A stretch of DNA of 64,000 bases, from NCBI GenBank assembly GCA_963729625.1, contig CAVSOU010000011.1:576001-640000 (forward strand), read 5' to 3'. This document shows, piece by piece, positions 1 to 9,825 of this stretch; the first letter of the stretch is position 1, and the number at the start of each line of letters is the position of its first letter. This DNA comes from an uncultured bacterium. Its GTDB lineage: Bacteria; Chloroflexota; UBA5177; JANWHV01. The position numbers and the translations under genes were made by a program. The notes beneath the pieces are model-generated. The model did not search any database. It saw nothing but the letters and a program-made list of their open reading frames with translations, and had not been told where the DNA came from.

Positions 1-1099
1 CGGGCACCGGCCGGCGGCCTGGGCCTCGCTGCGCTATCAATGCGCTCAAGAGATCGAGATCGAACCGCAGCCTCAGCATCACCGCGTTCCGACATGTCAG
101 GCTATACGCACTCATGCGGTCGAACGCGCCGCACGCGACCAGCAGCACGATGCCGAGCTTCGAGAGCGGGTCGAGCGCGCGCAGTGTTAGCACCGCCGCC
201 GCGCACGATGGCATCGGCACGCCGGTGGAGCGAGACAACAGCACGATCAGCGCGCCGTCGCGAACTCCAACGCCCGAAGGTATGAAGAAAGCCAGGGATC
301 CAAGTGCCGCTGCCACGGCCGAAGCGCCTACCACATCCATGAGATTGATGGCGCTGGCCGGTTCAAGTCCAGCGAGCATGGCATACAGAACCATCGTCCC
401 GACCAGCCATGCGGCCGCGGACCACGGTACCAAGCGAAGCATGCCCATCAGCCGAAGCCGCGAACCGCCCGCGGAGGCCGCGAGCTGCAGATTCCAGACC
501 GCCTTGCCGCGGACGCGGTGTGTGAGCCTCCAGGCGGTGCGGTCGGCCGAGGCCAGCAACCACAGGCTTACTAGCATGCAGACGCCAAGCCCGGCGAAGG
601 CCCAGGCCACGGCCGCCAGATCATGGCTGCCGACCAGGGGAAGTGCGTCGCGCATATCCGGTCGAGAGACAAGCATCAGCCCTATGGGCGCCCACACGAG
701 CACGCCGCATAGCCCTAACGCGTTGGCCATCAAGACAACTATCGCCGCGCGCCCGGGCTGCAGACCCTGGCGGCGCAAGTATACGACGCCGCCTACCGTG
801 GAACCAGCAGCGTTACCAACATAGCTTGCCAGGCCGGTTCCGGCGAACGCGCTCAAGCCCGTGCTGAGTGGCAGCGCGTGGCCCACCTGCCCCAGAAGCC
901 TGCACCACATGATGCCGCTCAAGATGGCTGACAGCATGGTCAACGAGAGCACTGCGATAACCGCTCCCGGACGAAGGCGGCGGAACGTCTCGGCCGTCGG
1001 GAGCGCGTACGATTGCAGGATCCCGCTCCGAAGCATTGCCACGGCTGCCACGAGGGCCAGGGATGCCAATACCATGCGGTACAATGCGCGCCGGGACAT
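1..1099 (-). CDS. Lysylphosphatidylglycerol synthase TM / flippase-like (UPF0104, YbhN-like) membrane protein, 3' end runs off window
   Basis: Manual translation of the minus strand from ATG 1099 (GGAG upstream) is open to the window edge. It has many hydrophobic helices and the motif FFIPSGVGVRDGALIVLL, typical of this family. Absent from the ORF track because no stop falls in the window. Confidence 0.7.
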   Translation of the reverse strand, partial: MSRRALYRMVLASLALVAAVAMLRSGILQSYALPTAETFRRLRPGAVIAVLSLTMLSAILSGIMWCRLLGQVGHALPLSTGLSAFAGTGLASYVGNAAGSTVGGVVYLRRQGLQPGRAAIVVLMANALGLCGVLVWAPIGLMLVSRPDMRDALPLVGSHDLAAVAWAFAGLGVCMLVSLWLLASADRTAWRLTHRVRGKAVWNLQLAASAGGSRLRLMGMLRLVPWSAAAWLVGTMVLYAMLAGLEPASAINLMDVVGASAVAAALGSLAFFIPSGVGVRDGALIVLLSRSTGVPMPSCAAAVLTLRALDPLSKLGIVLLVACGAFDRMSAYSLTCRNAVMLRLRFDLDLLSALIAQRGPGRRPVP

Positions 1100-1606
1100 G
1101 GTCAAATCTCCGAATCAATGCGCGTCGGCGGCCGGAGCACAACGCTTGGTCAACGTGCGGCTGTGAGGAGCTCTACAGCCCAACCGTAACACAGCAGGTG
1201 TTAATCGCCGGTGAACGTCGCCTGACTCTACGGTGAATACACGCGGCTGCGCGCGGCGTGGCCTCGTCCGGCACGCGCTCCTTGATTTGCGGGGGGTGTT
1301 GTCCACTGGATCCCCATCCAGCATCCTCCCCCGGCAAAGTACAATGGTGCCTGCTTGAGCTCTCGTCCTGAGACGTCCAGGGCTCGCGGCTCATCGTGGC
1401 GCCCCGGCCTGCCGCGGGCGCGCTCAGGCACAGCTCAATGGCAGATCGCTGGAGGCAGGGATGGCGCTCGACGTTGGAGCGATATGCGGTATGGCAGCTC
1501 TTGCGGAACCGCATGCCCGGGAAAACAGGAGGCTGCACCGGTCCGCTCACATGTGCTGCCCGATATCCCGGGCTGGAACCGGGTCTCGAGGGTTGGAGGA
1601 GGGATC

Positions 1607-4501
1607 GTGGCCGTCGCCCCACCGACCTATTCGCCGGGCTGCGTGATCTGCGGCTCAGAAGCGCGCTGCGATCAGCCGTTCCTTGAGGGCGTGGTCACGA
1701 GGACCGAACGCCGCGTGCACACCGGGAGCAAAGGCAGCGTGAACGGGGTGCGCATCACGCTTGAGACCGCGTACGGCACCTGCCGGATCGACCTGGGCGA
1801 GCGATTTGAGTACCTGCACGACGGTCTTGCCGCCGCGCCTGAGGGCTTGTGCCTTCGTGCGTACCATCTCCGCCGCGCACGATCTTCCGCCGCGCAGAAA
1901 GGGACACGCCAGACAGACGTAGCAACCTTCCTGAGCGGCACGTCGAGCCTCGTCGTGCTCGAGCCGGATTCGCTGCTGGACGTGACTGCTCTCGCGGGAA
2001 TCGACTACTGCCTGCGCCAGTGGCTCGCCAATCGTCTTGCCGCTCGCCCTGCCACGCTGCCACAGCTCCGAGGAACGGCGGTACACGGCGTTTTTCAGGC
2101 CCTATGCCGCGAGGGATCCGTGCCGGAGGACATGGTCGAATCGCTCATCACCGGGGCATCGTACGGGCTCGCACTCGCGGGTGTCTCGGCGCAGGCGCTG
2201 ATCGACGATGTGCGGCCGCACCTGGTTCGGCTTGCGCGATGGCACGCCACCTTTGGCGCGGACCTCTTTGGCGGGCAATACGGTGTCCCGGTTTTTGAGA
2301 GCACGCTGCTCTGTCCCGAGCTCGGACTCCGCGGCCGAACCGACCTGGTCTTTCGGCGAGCGGATGGTGGTGGCCGTCCCCTCGTCACGCGCATCGTCGA
2401 GCTGAAGACAAGCGCCTATAAGGAGCAGTGGCCGGACCCGGAATTCCAGGTCCGCGGCTACTACGCGATTCTCGCCAGCCAACAACGTCTGGCGCCTGAG
2501 TTTCGTGCACAGGTCATTTATACCGGGGGCGCGGCCGCGGCCTACCGCGAGGTTCAATGTGGACCAGGCGATCTCGACCACATTGTCACCAGGCGAAATC
2601 AGGCCGTACTGGCGTCGCTCTCGGGCTTCGCCCCGCCGTCAGACTCCATCAGTCGTTGTCGGCGCAGCGCGAATCGCGACGTGTGCGTGCGCCTCAGCGC
2701 GCTGCTAAACCTCGATCATTGCCGAGGTCGCGACCTGCAGGACGCCGCGAACGGTGGAGTCGATTCTCGAGATTCCGACTTCTATTCCACGCAATATCGC
2801 CTGCTGCGACTGGAGTCGCAGGCAACGAGCGGCACGCTGGCGGCGCTCTGGCGGATGTCGACGGCCGATAGAGAAGCTAACGGCACGGCTATCGTCGTGG
2901 CCGAAGAACTGGGTCGCGAGGGTTGTGCCGGCGGCGAGTGGAGTTATCGGTTGCGCTGCCACAACGGCTCCGAGCTACGGCTGGGTGAAACGGTTCTACT
3001 GAGCGACGGCGACCCTATTCGGGGCGAGGTAGCCATCGGCACGTTGAAGGCAGCGGGGACAGACTGCATTGACGTACTGACCAGAGAGCCTGTCACAGTC
3101 CCGAGGTTAGTCGATCGCTATGATTCCGGAGAGGCGCTGGATCGCACGGTGAGGGCGCTGCATGCGTGGATTGACGCCCCGAAGCGGACCCGTGCTCTGC
3201 TCTACGCTCAGCAGATTCCCGAGTTTTCGGCGCCGGACCGTCGTCAGCGCACCTCGAGCCACACCCCCAAGCTCAACAGGTCACAGGCAGCCGCGCTCGA
3301 CCTCGCGCTGAGGATGCGCGACTATCTCCTGGTGCAGGGACCTCCCGGCACCGGCAAGACGTACCTCGTTGCCTGCATGGTCAAGGCGTTGGCAGCGCGT
3401 GGCGAACGAATCATCATAGCAGCCTGGACGAACCAGGCTGTAGACACCATGCTCCGTGCATTGCTCGAGCAGGGGTTTGAGCAGTTTGCCAGGGTGGGCT
3501 CGGCGCGCGCGATGGACCCTGCGTTACAGCCATACGCGATAGCGGCCGCGTCGCTTGCACCCCCCGAATCGCTCGGCCCAGAAGCAATCGCCGAGCGCTT
3601 GAAGACGATACCAGTGCTCGCCGGCACGGTGAGCGGGTTAGCGGATTCCCGCATGAGCAGTGGCTCTATTCGACGCGACATGGCCATTATCGACGAGGCG
3701 GCACAGCTCAGCGTTGCAGCTGTTGCCGGAGTGCTTCGACACGTTTCGCGCTTCATATTGGTCGGCGACGACCAGCAGTTGCCGCCGGTGGTGCAAAGCG
3801 AGGAGGCGGCGCGCGAAGGACTCTCACTCTCTCCGTTCGCGTTGCTACGGCCCGAAGCGCAGGCACACGGCGCATTTGCACGCCTGCATGAGCAGTTCCG
3901 CATGCACTCCGCGGTCGCGGCCTGGCCCAATGAAGCCTTTTATGATGGGGCGCTCAGCGCACACAGTGCCGTGGCAGCACGGCGCCTTCCGCCGGCGACA
4001 GGTCCCGATCTCGACCCGATAGTGGCCCGGGACGTGCCACTCGTCGTAGTCGATTCGGGTCCGCTGGCCGCGACCGAGATAGAAGCTGCTGCGCGCGCGG
4101 CCGTGCTCCTGGTGCGCAGCGGCGTGCCGGCGGATCAGGTAGGTGTGGTGGCGCCATTCCGGGCCACGGTGGCCGCGGTCAGGCGGTTGCTCGAGAGCGC
4201 GCCTGATGCTGCAGGATGTACGGTGGATACCGTCGACCGTTTCCAGGGTGGCCAGCGCGAGGCGATGGTCGTCTGCCTCGGCCTTTCAGGTATCGAACGA
4301 CGGACTCACGCCTTCGTTGATGATCCTCGCCGACTGAATGTTGCGTTCACCCGCGCCCGTGCAAAGCTGGTGGTGATCGGTGACCTGACGAGAGCCCGCA
4401 CGCTGCCCACGATGGCCGGTTTTCTCCACCATTGTCTTGACCATGGAATGCCCGTTGTTGGCGCCGAACAGGCTATTGCAGCTTTGCCGCGTCTGTGCTA
4501 G
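1607..4501 (+). CDS. Dna2-like PD-(D/E)xK nuclease fused to SF1 (Upf1-like) helicase
   Basis: Nuclease motifs YCLRQW, GTAVHGVFQ, ESTLLCPELGLRGRTD, IVELKTS, QVRGY. Helicase motifs QGPPGTGKT, IIDEAAQ, LVGDDQQLPP, QFRMH, TVDRFQGGQRE, RLNVAFTRAR. Start set at GTG 1607 after GGAGGAGGG. Confidence 0.88.
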   Translation: MAVAPPTYSPGCVICGSEARCDQPFLEGVVTRTERRVHTGSKGSVNGVRITLETAYGTCRIDLGERFEYLHDGLAAAPEGLCLRAYHLRRARSSAAQKGTRQTDVATFLSGTSSLVVLEPDSLLDVTALAGIDYCLRQWLANRLAARPATLPQLRGTAVHGVFQALCREGSVPEDMVESLITGASYGLALAGVSAQALIDDVRPHLVRLARWHATFGADLFGGQYGVPVFESTLLCPELGLRGRTDLVFRRADGGGRPLVTRIVELKTSAYKEQWPDPEFQVRGYYAILASQQRLAPEFRAQVIYTGGAAAAYREVQCGPGDLDHIVTRRNQAVLASLSGFAPPSDSISRCRRSANRDVCVRLSALLNLDHCRGRDLQDAANGGVDSRDSDFYSTQYRLLRLESQATSGTLAALWRMSTADREANGTAIVVAEELGREGCAGGEWSYRLRCHNGSELRLGETVLLSDGDPIRGEVAIGTLKAAGTDCIDVLTREPVTVPRLVDRYDSGEALDRTVRALHAWIDAPKRTRALLYAQQIPEFSAPDRRQRTSSHTPKLNRSQAAALDLALRMRDYLLVQGPPGTGKTYLVACMVKALAARGERIIIAAWTNQAVDTMLRALLEQGFEQFARVGSARAMDPALQPYAIAAASLAPPESLGPEAIAERLKTIPVLAGTVSGLADSRMSSGSIRRDMAIIDEAAQLSVAAVAGVLRHVSRFILVGDDQQLPPVVQSEEAAREGLSLSPFALLRPEAQAHGAFARLHEQFRMHSAVAAWPNEAFYDGALSAHSAVAARRLPPATGPDLDPIVARDVPLVVVDSGPLAATEIEAAARAAVLLVRSGVPADQVGVVAPFRATVAAVRRLLESAPDAAGCTVDTVDRFQGGQREAMVVCLGLSGIERRTHAFVDDPRRLNVAFTRARAKLVVIGDLTRARTLPTMAGFLHHCLDHGMPVVGAEQAIAALPRLC

Positions 4502-4657
4502 GTAGTCATCTTCCGTTCATCTGGGCGGGACTATACTTCCATTGCTGGTATCGAGCGTGCGCTGAATGCCGGCGGTAGTCTTGCTCGAAGGTATCGCGGC
4601 GACAGCTTATTTATAGATACATGCTTATCACCGCCGTCGGTACCGAACCTTTGTGGG

Positions 4658-4686
4658 AGGCCCGGGGTCTATGCCCCGGGCCTTTT
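4658..4686 (+). terminator. Intrinsic terminator hairpin
   Basis: AGGCCCGGGG-TCTATG-CCCCGGGCCT perfect 10-bp stem followed by a T tract. Confidence 0.75.
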
Positions 4687-4693
4687 CGTTGCC

Positions 4694-4855
4694 GTCACGG
4701 TTTGCGAACAGTTCTAGACGGCCCCCGGATAAACGGGGTACCCGCCAGCCGGTCGAGAAGCAACGACAGGCCGGAGACATCCGATTGGGCTCGCAATCGC
4801 CACACCTGAATTCATCCGGCGGAACTCTTGCCATCCGCGACCCGCTTCGGCGGGT
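4694..4855 (-). ncRNA. Candidate structured non-coding RNA (rod-like, 6S-like possibility)
   Basis: Nested complementary segments 4694-4700/4835-4841, 4710-4714/4822-4826 and 4725-4733/4811-4819 pair better on the minus strand (G-U instead of A-C). Internal hairpins are present and there is no credible ORF. Confidence 0.35.
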
Positions 4856-4912
4856 GCCCCGAGCGGAGGCTCCATGACCATTTGCAGACCCTGCCGTGGC
4901 GCCGGTTCGATC

Positions 4913-4941
4913 TTGTCAGAACAACCGGCACATGCTACAGT
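4913..4941 (+). promoter_or_regulatory. Sigma70/SigA-type promoter of secG-tRNA-Leu
   Basis: TTGTCA-17 bp-TACAGT with an extended TG upstream of the -10. Confidence 0.6.
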
Positions 4942-4996
4942 ATCCGTTGCCCCCGGCAATGGAGGGGTTGTTTTCTGGCTGTGAGGTTGTTGCGAG

Positions 4997-5218
4997 TTGA
5001 AGACCTCCCTTCGCGTTATCCAGGCGATTCTGGCTATCTTTCTCATGATCTTGATCCTTATGCAATCGAGGGGCACTGGGCTAGGCAGCGTGTTTGGCGG
5101 AGACGCCAGCGTCTTTCAGACGCGACGTGGAATCGAGTTGACACTGTTCAAGTTCACCATTGGCGTTGCCGCGGTGTTCTTGCTCGTGTCTGTTGTCGTG
5201 ACCTCGAGGGCTGTCTGA
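4997..5218 (+). CDS. secG: Preprotein translocase subunit SecG
   Basis: 73 aa, two TM helices, motif ILMQSRGTGLGSVFGG...RRGIELTLFKFT; followed by tRNA-Leu as in many bacteria. Confidence 0.92.
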   Translation: MKTSLRVIQAILAIFLMILILMQSRGTGLGSVFGGDASVFQTRRGIELTLFKFTIGVAAVFLLVSVVVTSRAV

Positions 5219-5381
5219 TCACTGGACGACCTGGAACGCATGGTGTTGAGCCCGGACGGACCTGGATGGGTGGGGAGGAGTACACATCGACGGTTACCGC
5301 TTGTTGAGGCGCTGTGCCGGCGTCGGCCAATAAGCCCCGAGAGCGGGTGCGGCCCTGGTGGGCTAGCAGGCAGCACTACTT

Positions 5382-5465
5382 GCCGAAGTGGTGAAATTGG
5401 CAGACACGCGGTGTTCAGGACGCCGTGAGCTTATGCTCGTGTGGGTTCGAGTCCCTCCTTCGGCA
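5382..5465 (+). tRNA. tRNA-Leu (anticodon CAG)
   Basis: Acceptor stem GCCGAAG/CTTCGGC, D-arm GGTGAAATTGGCAGACAC, anticodon arm CGGTG-TTCAGGA-CGCCG, long variable arm, GTTCGAGTC T-loop; CCA not encoded. Confidence 0.96.
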
Positions 5466-5552
5466 CTACCCCGCAAGACCTCTGACCGGTATGTCCGGCA
5501 GGGGTCTTGCGCATTGTAAGCTCTTCCCGCCCGGGAACCAAGAGGGGATCGC

Positions 5553-6431
5553 ATGAAGAGCGTGATCAGTGCGTCGAGGCGTACCGACATACCAGCGTTC
5601 TACATGCGCTGGCTCGTGAAGCGGGTCGCGGCGGGATTCGTCGAGGTCGCTAACCCGCTCTTCCGGGAAAAGGTGACTCGCGTTTCTCTCCTGCCGGACA
5701 GTGTGGCATGGATTGTCTTCTGGTCCAAGAACTACGCGGTCTTCCGGAATTGGGCCGGCCGCTTTGACGACTACAACCTGTTCTTTCATTTCACGATCAA
5801 CACTCCGGATGCGTTTCTTGAGCCGGGCGTGCCGACAACTGAACAGGCCCTGCGCCAGGTCGAGTTCCTGGCGGGTCGCTACGGCGGGTGCCGTGTGACC
5901 TGGCGCTACGACCCGCTCGTCTGCTGGCGCGATGATGGCGTGATGCACACCAACTATAGTCCAGACTGGTTCGCGGGAATGTGCCGCCAGATCGCTCAGC
6001 TTGGCGTTGTGCGTTGCACGACGAGCTTTGTTACCCCATACGACAAAATCATGCAGCGGATGAGCAGACTGTGCCCGCGGATCTCCCTGGTCGATCCCCC
6101 GCCGGAGCAGAAGCGCGCCTGGGCGGTCACCCTCAGAGGCATTGCCGAGGCACACGGCATACGTCTCACGACCTGTTCGGACGCCACGCTCGACGGTACG
6201 CTGCCGAAGGGCTCGTGCGTGGATGGGAGCTTGCTCAACGCGCTTGGCACACCGCGTGTAAGTTGCGCGAGGGCGCCTGGACGGGGCGCTTGCGGCTGCA
6301 CACGCTCGATCGACATCGGTGACTACGAGGGACAGGAATGTGGCTACGCCTGTCTCTACTGCTATGCCAACCCAAACCACCGGCGGTTTGCCGTGGAACG
6401 AGCACCGCTCGCCGCTTCGCGCAAACCCTGA
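5553..6431 (+). CDS. DUF1848 family protein (radical-SAM-like, C-terminal CxxxCxxC)
   Basis: N-terminal ISASRRTDIPAFY, VFWSKN, WRYDP, CGCTRSIDIG and C-terminal CGYACLYCYAN are hallmarks of DUF1848. Confidence 0.88.
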   Translation: MKSVISASRRTDIPAFYMRWLVKRVAAGFVEVANPLFREKVTRVSLLPDSVAWIVFWSKNYAVFRNWAGRFDDYNLFFHFTINTPDAFLEPGVPTTEQALRQVEFLAGRYGGCRVTWRYDPLVCWRDDGVMHTNYSPDWFAGMCRQIAQLGVVRCTTSFVTPYDKIMQRMSRLCPRISLVDPPPEQKRAWAVTLRGIAEAHGIRLTTCSDATLDGTLPKGSCVDGSLLNALGTPRVSCARAPGRGACGCTRSIDIGDYEGQECGYACLYCYANPNHRRFAVERAPLAASRKP

Positions 6432-6610
6432 CGATCCGCTAGTGGGTCAGTTGTGTTGCCTATGGCTATTGCCGGCGCGCTTGAGACTCCGGCCTTCAGG
6501 CCGCGGGTACCCACAAGAGTGGGTGTGCTCACCTGCTCGCCTAGCCGTGGCCTTCAGGCCGCCTCGTCGCGCGGGCATCCCGAACGGCAACGACCTGGTC
6601 AACCGACCCA

Positions 6611-8927
6611 CTAGCTTCCGGCGCTGTAGTGCCGAGGATCGAGGGCAGGCACGTAGATGTCAAATGGGCTGCCGGCGTCGTTCACACCCGAAAGCTGATA
6701 GACAGGCTCGTAGAAGATACCCGCGGTGCCGTCCACCGGCACATAGACGATCGATACTGCCTTGATCGGGGTACCCACCTTCGGATAGGCACCGGAGGCA
6801 GTGATGAGCGCGCCGCCTCCCTGCACGATGGCGACAGCCTGTTCAAACGGAATCGCCTGGATGGCGGGAGCCAGCGATGTGTCGACCCACTGAATGTCCA
6901 GAGACGTCAGTACACCGAGCGCATTGAAAGAAAACGTCGCGTAGGCGCCGATAACGGGAAGCGGCTCGTTTTCGGTGCACGAGACCACCACGCTCCCATT
7001 TGGCAGAGGTGTCGCGCCGACGCACTGCGGAGTGGCCGAGGGATCCGTCAATTGATGCTTGTTCAAGAAGAGGTTGGCGGACGCAATTGCGTCGAAGCCT
7101 GCCGGCTGTCCCCCCTGAGCAGGTACCGGAGATACGATCGTGAGCTTGAGGTGGTAGCCGAAGCTCTTCGCCAGGTAGTCGGCATAATACGACCGATTGT
7201 CGGCAGTGACGAGCGCCACCAGGTGCGATTGTCCCGACGATCTGATGACCTTGGCGAGCTTGAGGTTGAATGCCGCTAGCGCGTCGAGCGCCGGCGTCGG
7301 GTGCGCCAGAGGTCTGTACACCGCGAGCTCACCTGCGTCAGGCGGTGGCACCGCCGGCATGACGAGCGACACCACCGGCGTGAATGCCTGCGTATGCGCC
7401 AGGATCGAATCCGCGGGTGCATTCTTCGTAGTGACTGCTGGGAATATTTGAGACGGATCCACCCTGGGCGTCGCCGAGCCGCCACTCGAGCCCGCGGGAT
7501 TCACCAGGGTACCGAACGTGCCCGTGGGAGAGGCCATTGCCAGCATCGTGCCGGCACTGGTCGGCGCCGGTTCAGGCGTGTCCGTCACGGTGGCAGCCAG
7601 CGATACAGTGTTGGCCGGCACGGCGGTAGCGGTCGCCTGCGTATCCGAGGGTCGCGCCGTCGGAGTCGCCTTCGGCGCGGTAACCGTCGCCGACGCCCGC
7701 GGAGTGGGACTCATGGTCACGGCGATGGTGCTGGTGGGCCGTACTGCGGTGCTCGTAGGCGGCGTCGTTGGTACGGCCGTGGCAGGCACGGTCGGTGTAG
7801 CGGTGGGTGGCAAAGGAGTAGCTGTATCCGTAGGAGCAGGCGTATCGGTATTCACCGCCGGGACCGGCGTGCTCGTTGGCACCGCTACAGTGCGCGTCGG
7901 TGACGCTGCGATCGCATTGTCGGCGGTAGCTGCGCCTCGTGCCGAGGTAGGCGTGGCCGCGACCTGTGCGTGCTGCACCACCCTGGCAGTGGCGGTGGGC
8001 GCCACACTCACGGTTGCGGTCGGAGTCGGCGGCACGACAATGGTCGCGGTTCGCGTTGGTGGCACGACAATGGTCGCGGTTCGCGTTGGTGGCACGACAA
8101 TGGTCGCGGTTCGCGTTGGTGGCACGACAATGGTCGCGGTTCGCGTTGGTGGCACGACAATGGTTGGAGTCGCGGTCGGTGGCACGATGATGGTCGGAGT
8201 CGCGGTCGGTGGCACGATGATGGTTGGAGTCGCGGTCGGTCGCACGAGTGATGGTTGGAGTCGCGGTCGGCGGCGGAGCGAGGGTTGCGGCGACCTGTGC
8301 ATGCTTGGTCACCACCGTACTTGTCGGCGGCCGTTCGCTCGGCGACGCAGCAGGCATTACCACGCGCGGAGTGGCGATTACGCGGTGGATCGGAACGTGC
8401 GTAGCAGTGCGCTTCGGCGTGGCGGCCACTGGATGCGCGCGCGTGCTCGTAGGTACGACAGGCGAAGCGGTATCGGACGGCTGCGGCGTGTCCGTTGGGA
8501 GCGAGCGCACGCCCTGCGGCGTTGCACCGTGGGGCGTCGCGGAGGGTCCCGCCACCTGCGCCAGCTTCGAACCCGACGTATCGACGTGGGCGCGCAGATC
8601 TGTATACCCGACAACCAGGGCTATGGAGGCTGCGGTGGCCAGCACCGCGGCTATCGCCGCACGGCGAACGCGGCGCCACCGGCCGATCGGCGTCACGGTC
8701 GCAGCCTGCGCGGGGAAGGGCCGCACATTGTCGGCAAACTTCTCAAGCAACTCCGCCTTGAGGCGCGCGCGAAACTCGGGATCGGGCGCGGCGCCCGGAG
8801 CCAGCCGGTCACGAAGCTCGAGCGATAGGCGCAGCAACGGGTCCTGCATCCTGTCTGGCGACGCGTCCGCGTCACCCACCAGGAGACGTTCGAGATCTTC
8901 GTCAAACCGATCCGAGCTATTTGGCAT
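6611..8927 (-). CDS. Putative anti-sigma factor with TM helix, long Pro/Thr-rich linker and C-terminal extracytoplasmic domain; frameshifted near 8248
   Basis: N-terminus (PDPEFRARLKAELL, TM AAIAAVLATAASIALVVG) lies in ORF 7572-8927. The PT-rich part and C-terminal domain lie in ORF 6611-8302. The frames join at a 31-bp copy of a 30-bp repeat. Directly downstream of an ECF sigma gene. Confidence 0.7.
8031..8271. repeat. Coding tandem repeat, eight ~30-bp units (PTRTATIVVP / PTATPTIIVP)
   Basis: GGCACGACAATGGTCGCGGTTCGCGTTGGT x4 exact (8031-8150), then four variant units; the last has an extra G at 8248. Confidence 0.95.
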
Positions 8928-8936
8928 TGCCGCCGG

Positions 8937-9500
8937 CTATTCCTCGGGGGAAACCAGCCGCCGGTGCAAAGAAGCCAGCGCTCGATGCAGCAGAGCTTTG
9001 ACCGCGCCCTCGCTACGCTGCATTATTCGAGCAATCTCCTTGTTTCGCAGGTCCTGGCCAAATCGCAGCAGAATCACTTGCTGTTGTTCGGCCGGAAGCG
9101 CGCGCACCGCAGCCAGCATATCCGATTTCCACTCTAGCGCCGTCACGACTTGCTCGGGCCCGGGGTCCGGCTCCAGAATCTGATCGAGATCGTCGTCAGT
9201 CGTGGTGGCCGGATCGCGCCTGAACTTCGCCGCGATGGCATTGCTCGCGATGCGATACAGCCAAGCTGAGAATGCCACCCCGCGCCACTCGAACCCATGG
9301 ATGTTCTCGAGCGCGCGATGGAAAGTCTCGGACACAATATCTTCAGCCATCGCCCTATCGCCCACTCGATTGAAAGCGTAGCTGTACATCGCATCCACAT
9401 ATCGCTCGTACAGGGCGCCAAAGGCGACCGGGTTCGAACGAGCGGCCTCGACCAGTTTCCGTTCAGCTTCGAGCTGCTGTGGCGACGGTGGCAGACTCAT
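8937..9500 (-). CDS. ECF-type RNA polymerase sigma factor
   Basis: Region 2 (AFGALYERY, AEDIVSETF, FSAWLYRIASN) and region 4 (LPAEQQQVILLRF, EIARIM, GAVKALLHRA); ATG 9500 after GGAGGG. Confidence 0.93.
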   Translation of the reverse strand: MSLPPSPQQLEAERKLVEAARSNPVAFGALYERYVDAMYSYAFNRVGDRAMAEDIVSETFHRALENIHGFEWRGVAFSAWLYRIASNAIAAKFRRDPATTTDDDLDQILEPDPGPEQVVTALEWKSDMLAAVRALPAEQQQVILLRFGQDLRNKEIARIMQRSEGAVKALLHRALASLHRRLVSPEE

Positions 9501-9825
9501 GCCCTCCGCGCCGGATGCATCGCACACATCCTACTAGTACAACGCACCGGCATCACTTTAGATACGCACCTGGCTCGACGTCTTTCAGCCAAATGATCGA
9601 TCGCTGATCGCACGCAACCTCTACGTGAGTCGAGCGCCGCAACCACTGCATCCGAGGCCCGGTAGAGACACCTGTGTCCGGCATATCCACGCACGACTGC
9701 TCAGGCAAGCCAACGACAGATCCACTCTTGCTTTGACTGGCTCTTCAGGCCCGCGGTATGCTACAAGCCGTTACACTGACCAATGCGGGACGAGCATCCC
9801 CGACTCGGAAGGAACAGAAGTCAGC

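Noticed and set aside
1355-1606. N-terminal 84 aa of the 1048-aa ORF
   Set aside because: Low-complexity, non-protein-like sequence; a strong RBS precedes GTG 1607.
1607-2700. Cas4 of a CRISPR system
   Set aside because: The nuclease is fused to an SF1 helicase in Dna2 architecture; no cas1/cas2 or array.
4738-4772. SRP RNA (CCGCCAG...AGCAACG resembles helix 8)
   Set aside because: The GNRA-capped stem between the conserved loops cannot form, so the match is only partial.
5382-5465. tRNA-Leu as an integration site (attL)
   Set aside because: No integrase, and no repeat of the tRNA 3' end was seen in the window.
8031-8271. 30-bp repeats as a CRISPR array
   Set aside because: Units are head-to-tail with no spacers, encode a Pro/Thr linker in frame, and no cas genes are present.
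7518-9183. Long plus-strand ORFs (7518-8828, 8224-9183)
   Set aside because: Val/Gly/Ala-rich antisense shadows of the PT-rich minus-strand gene.
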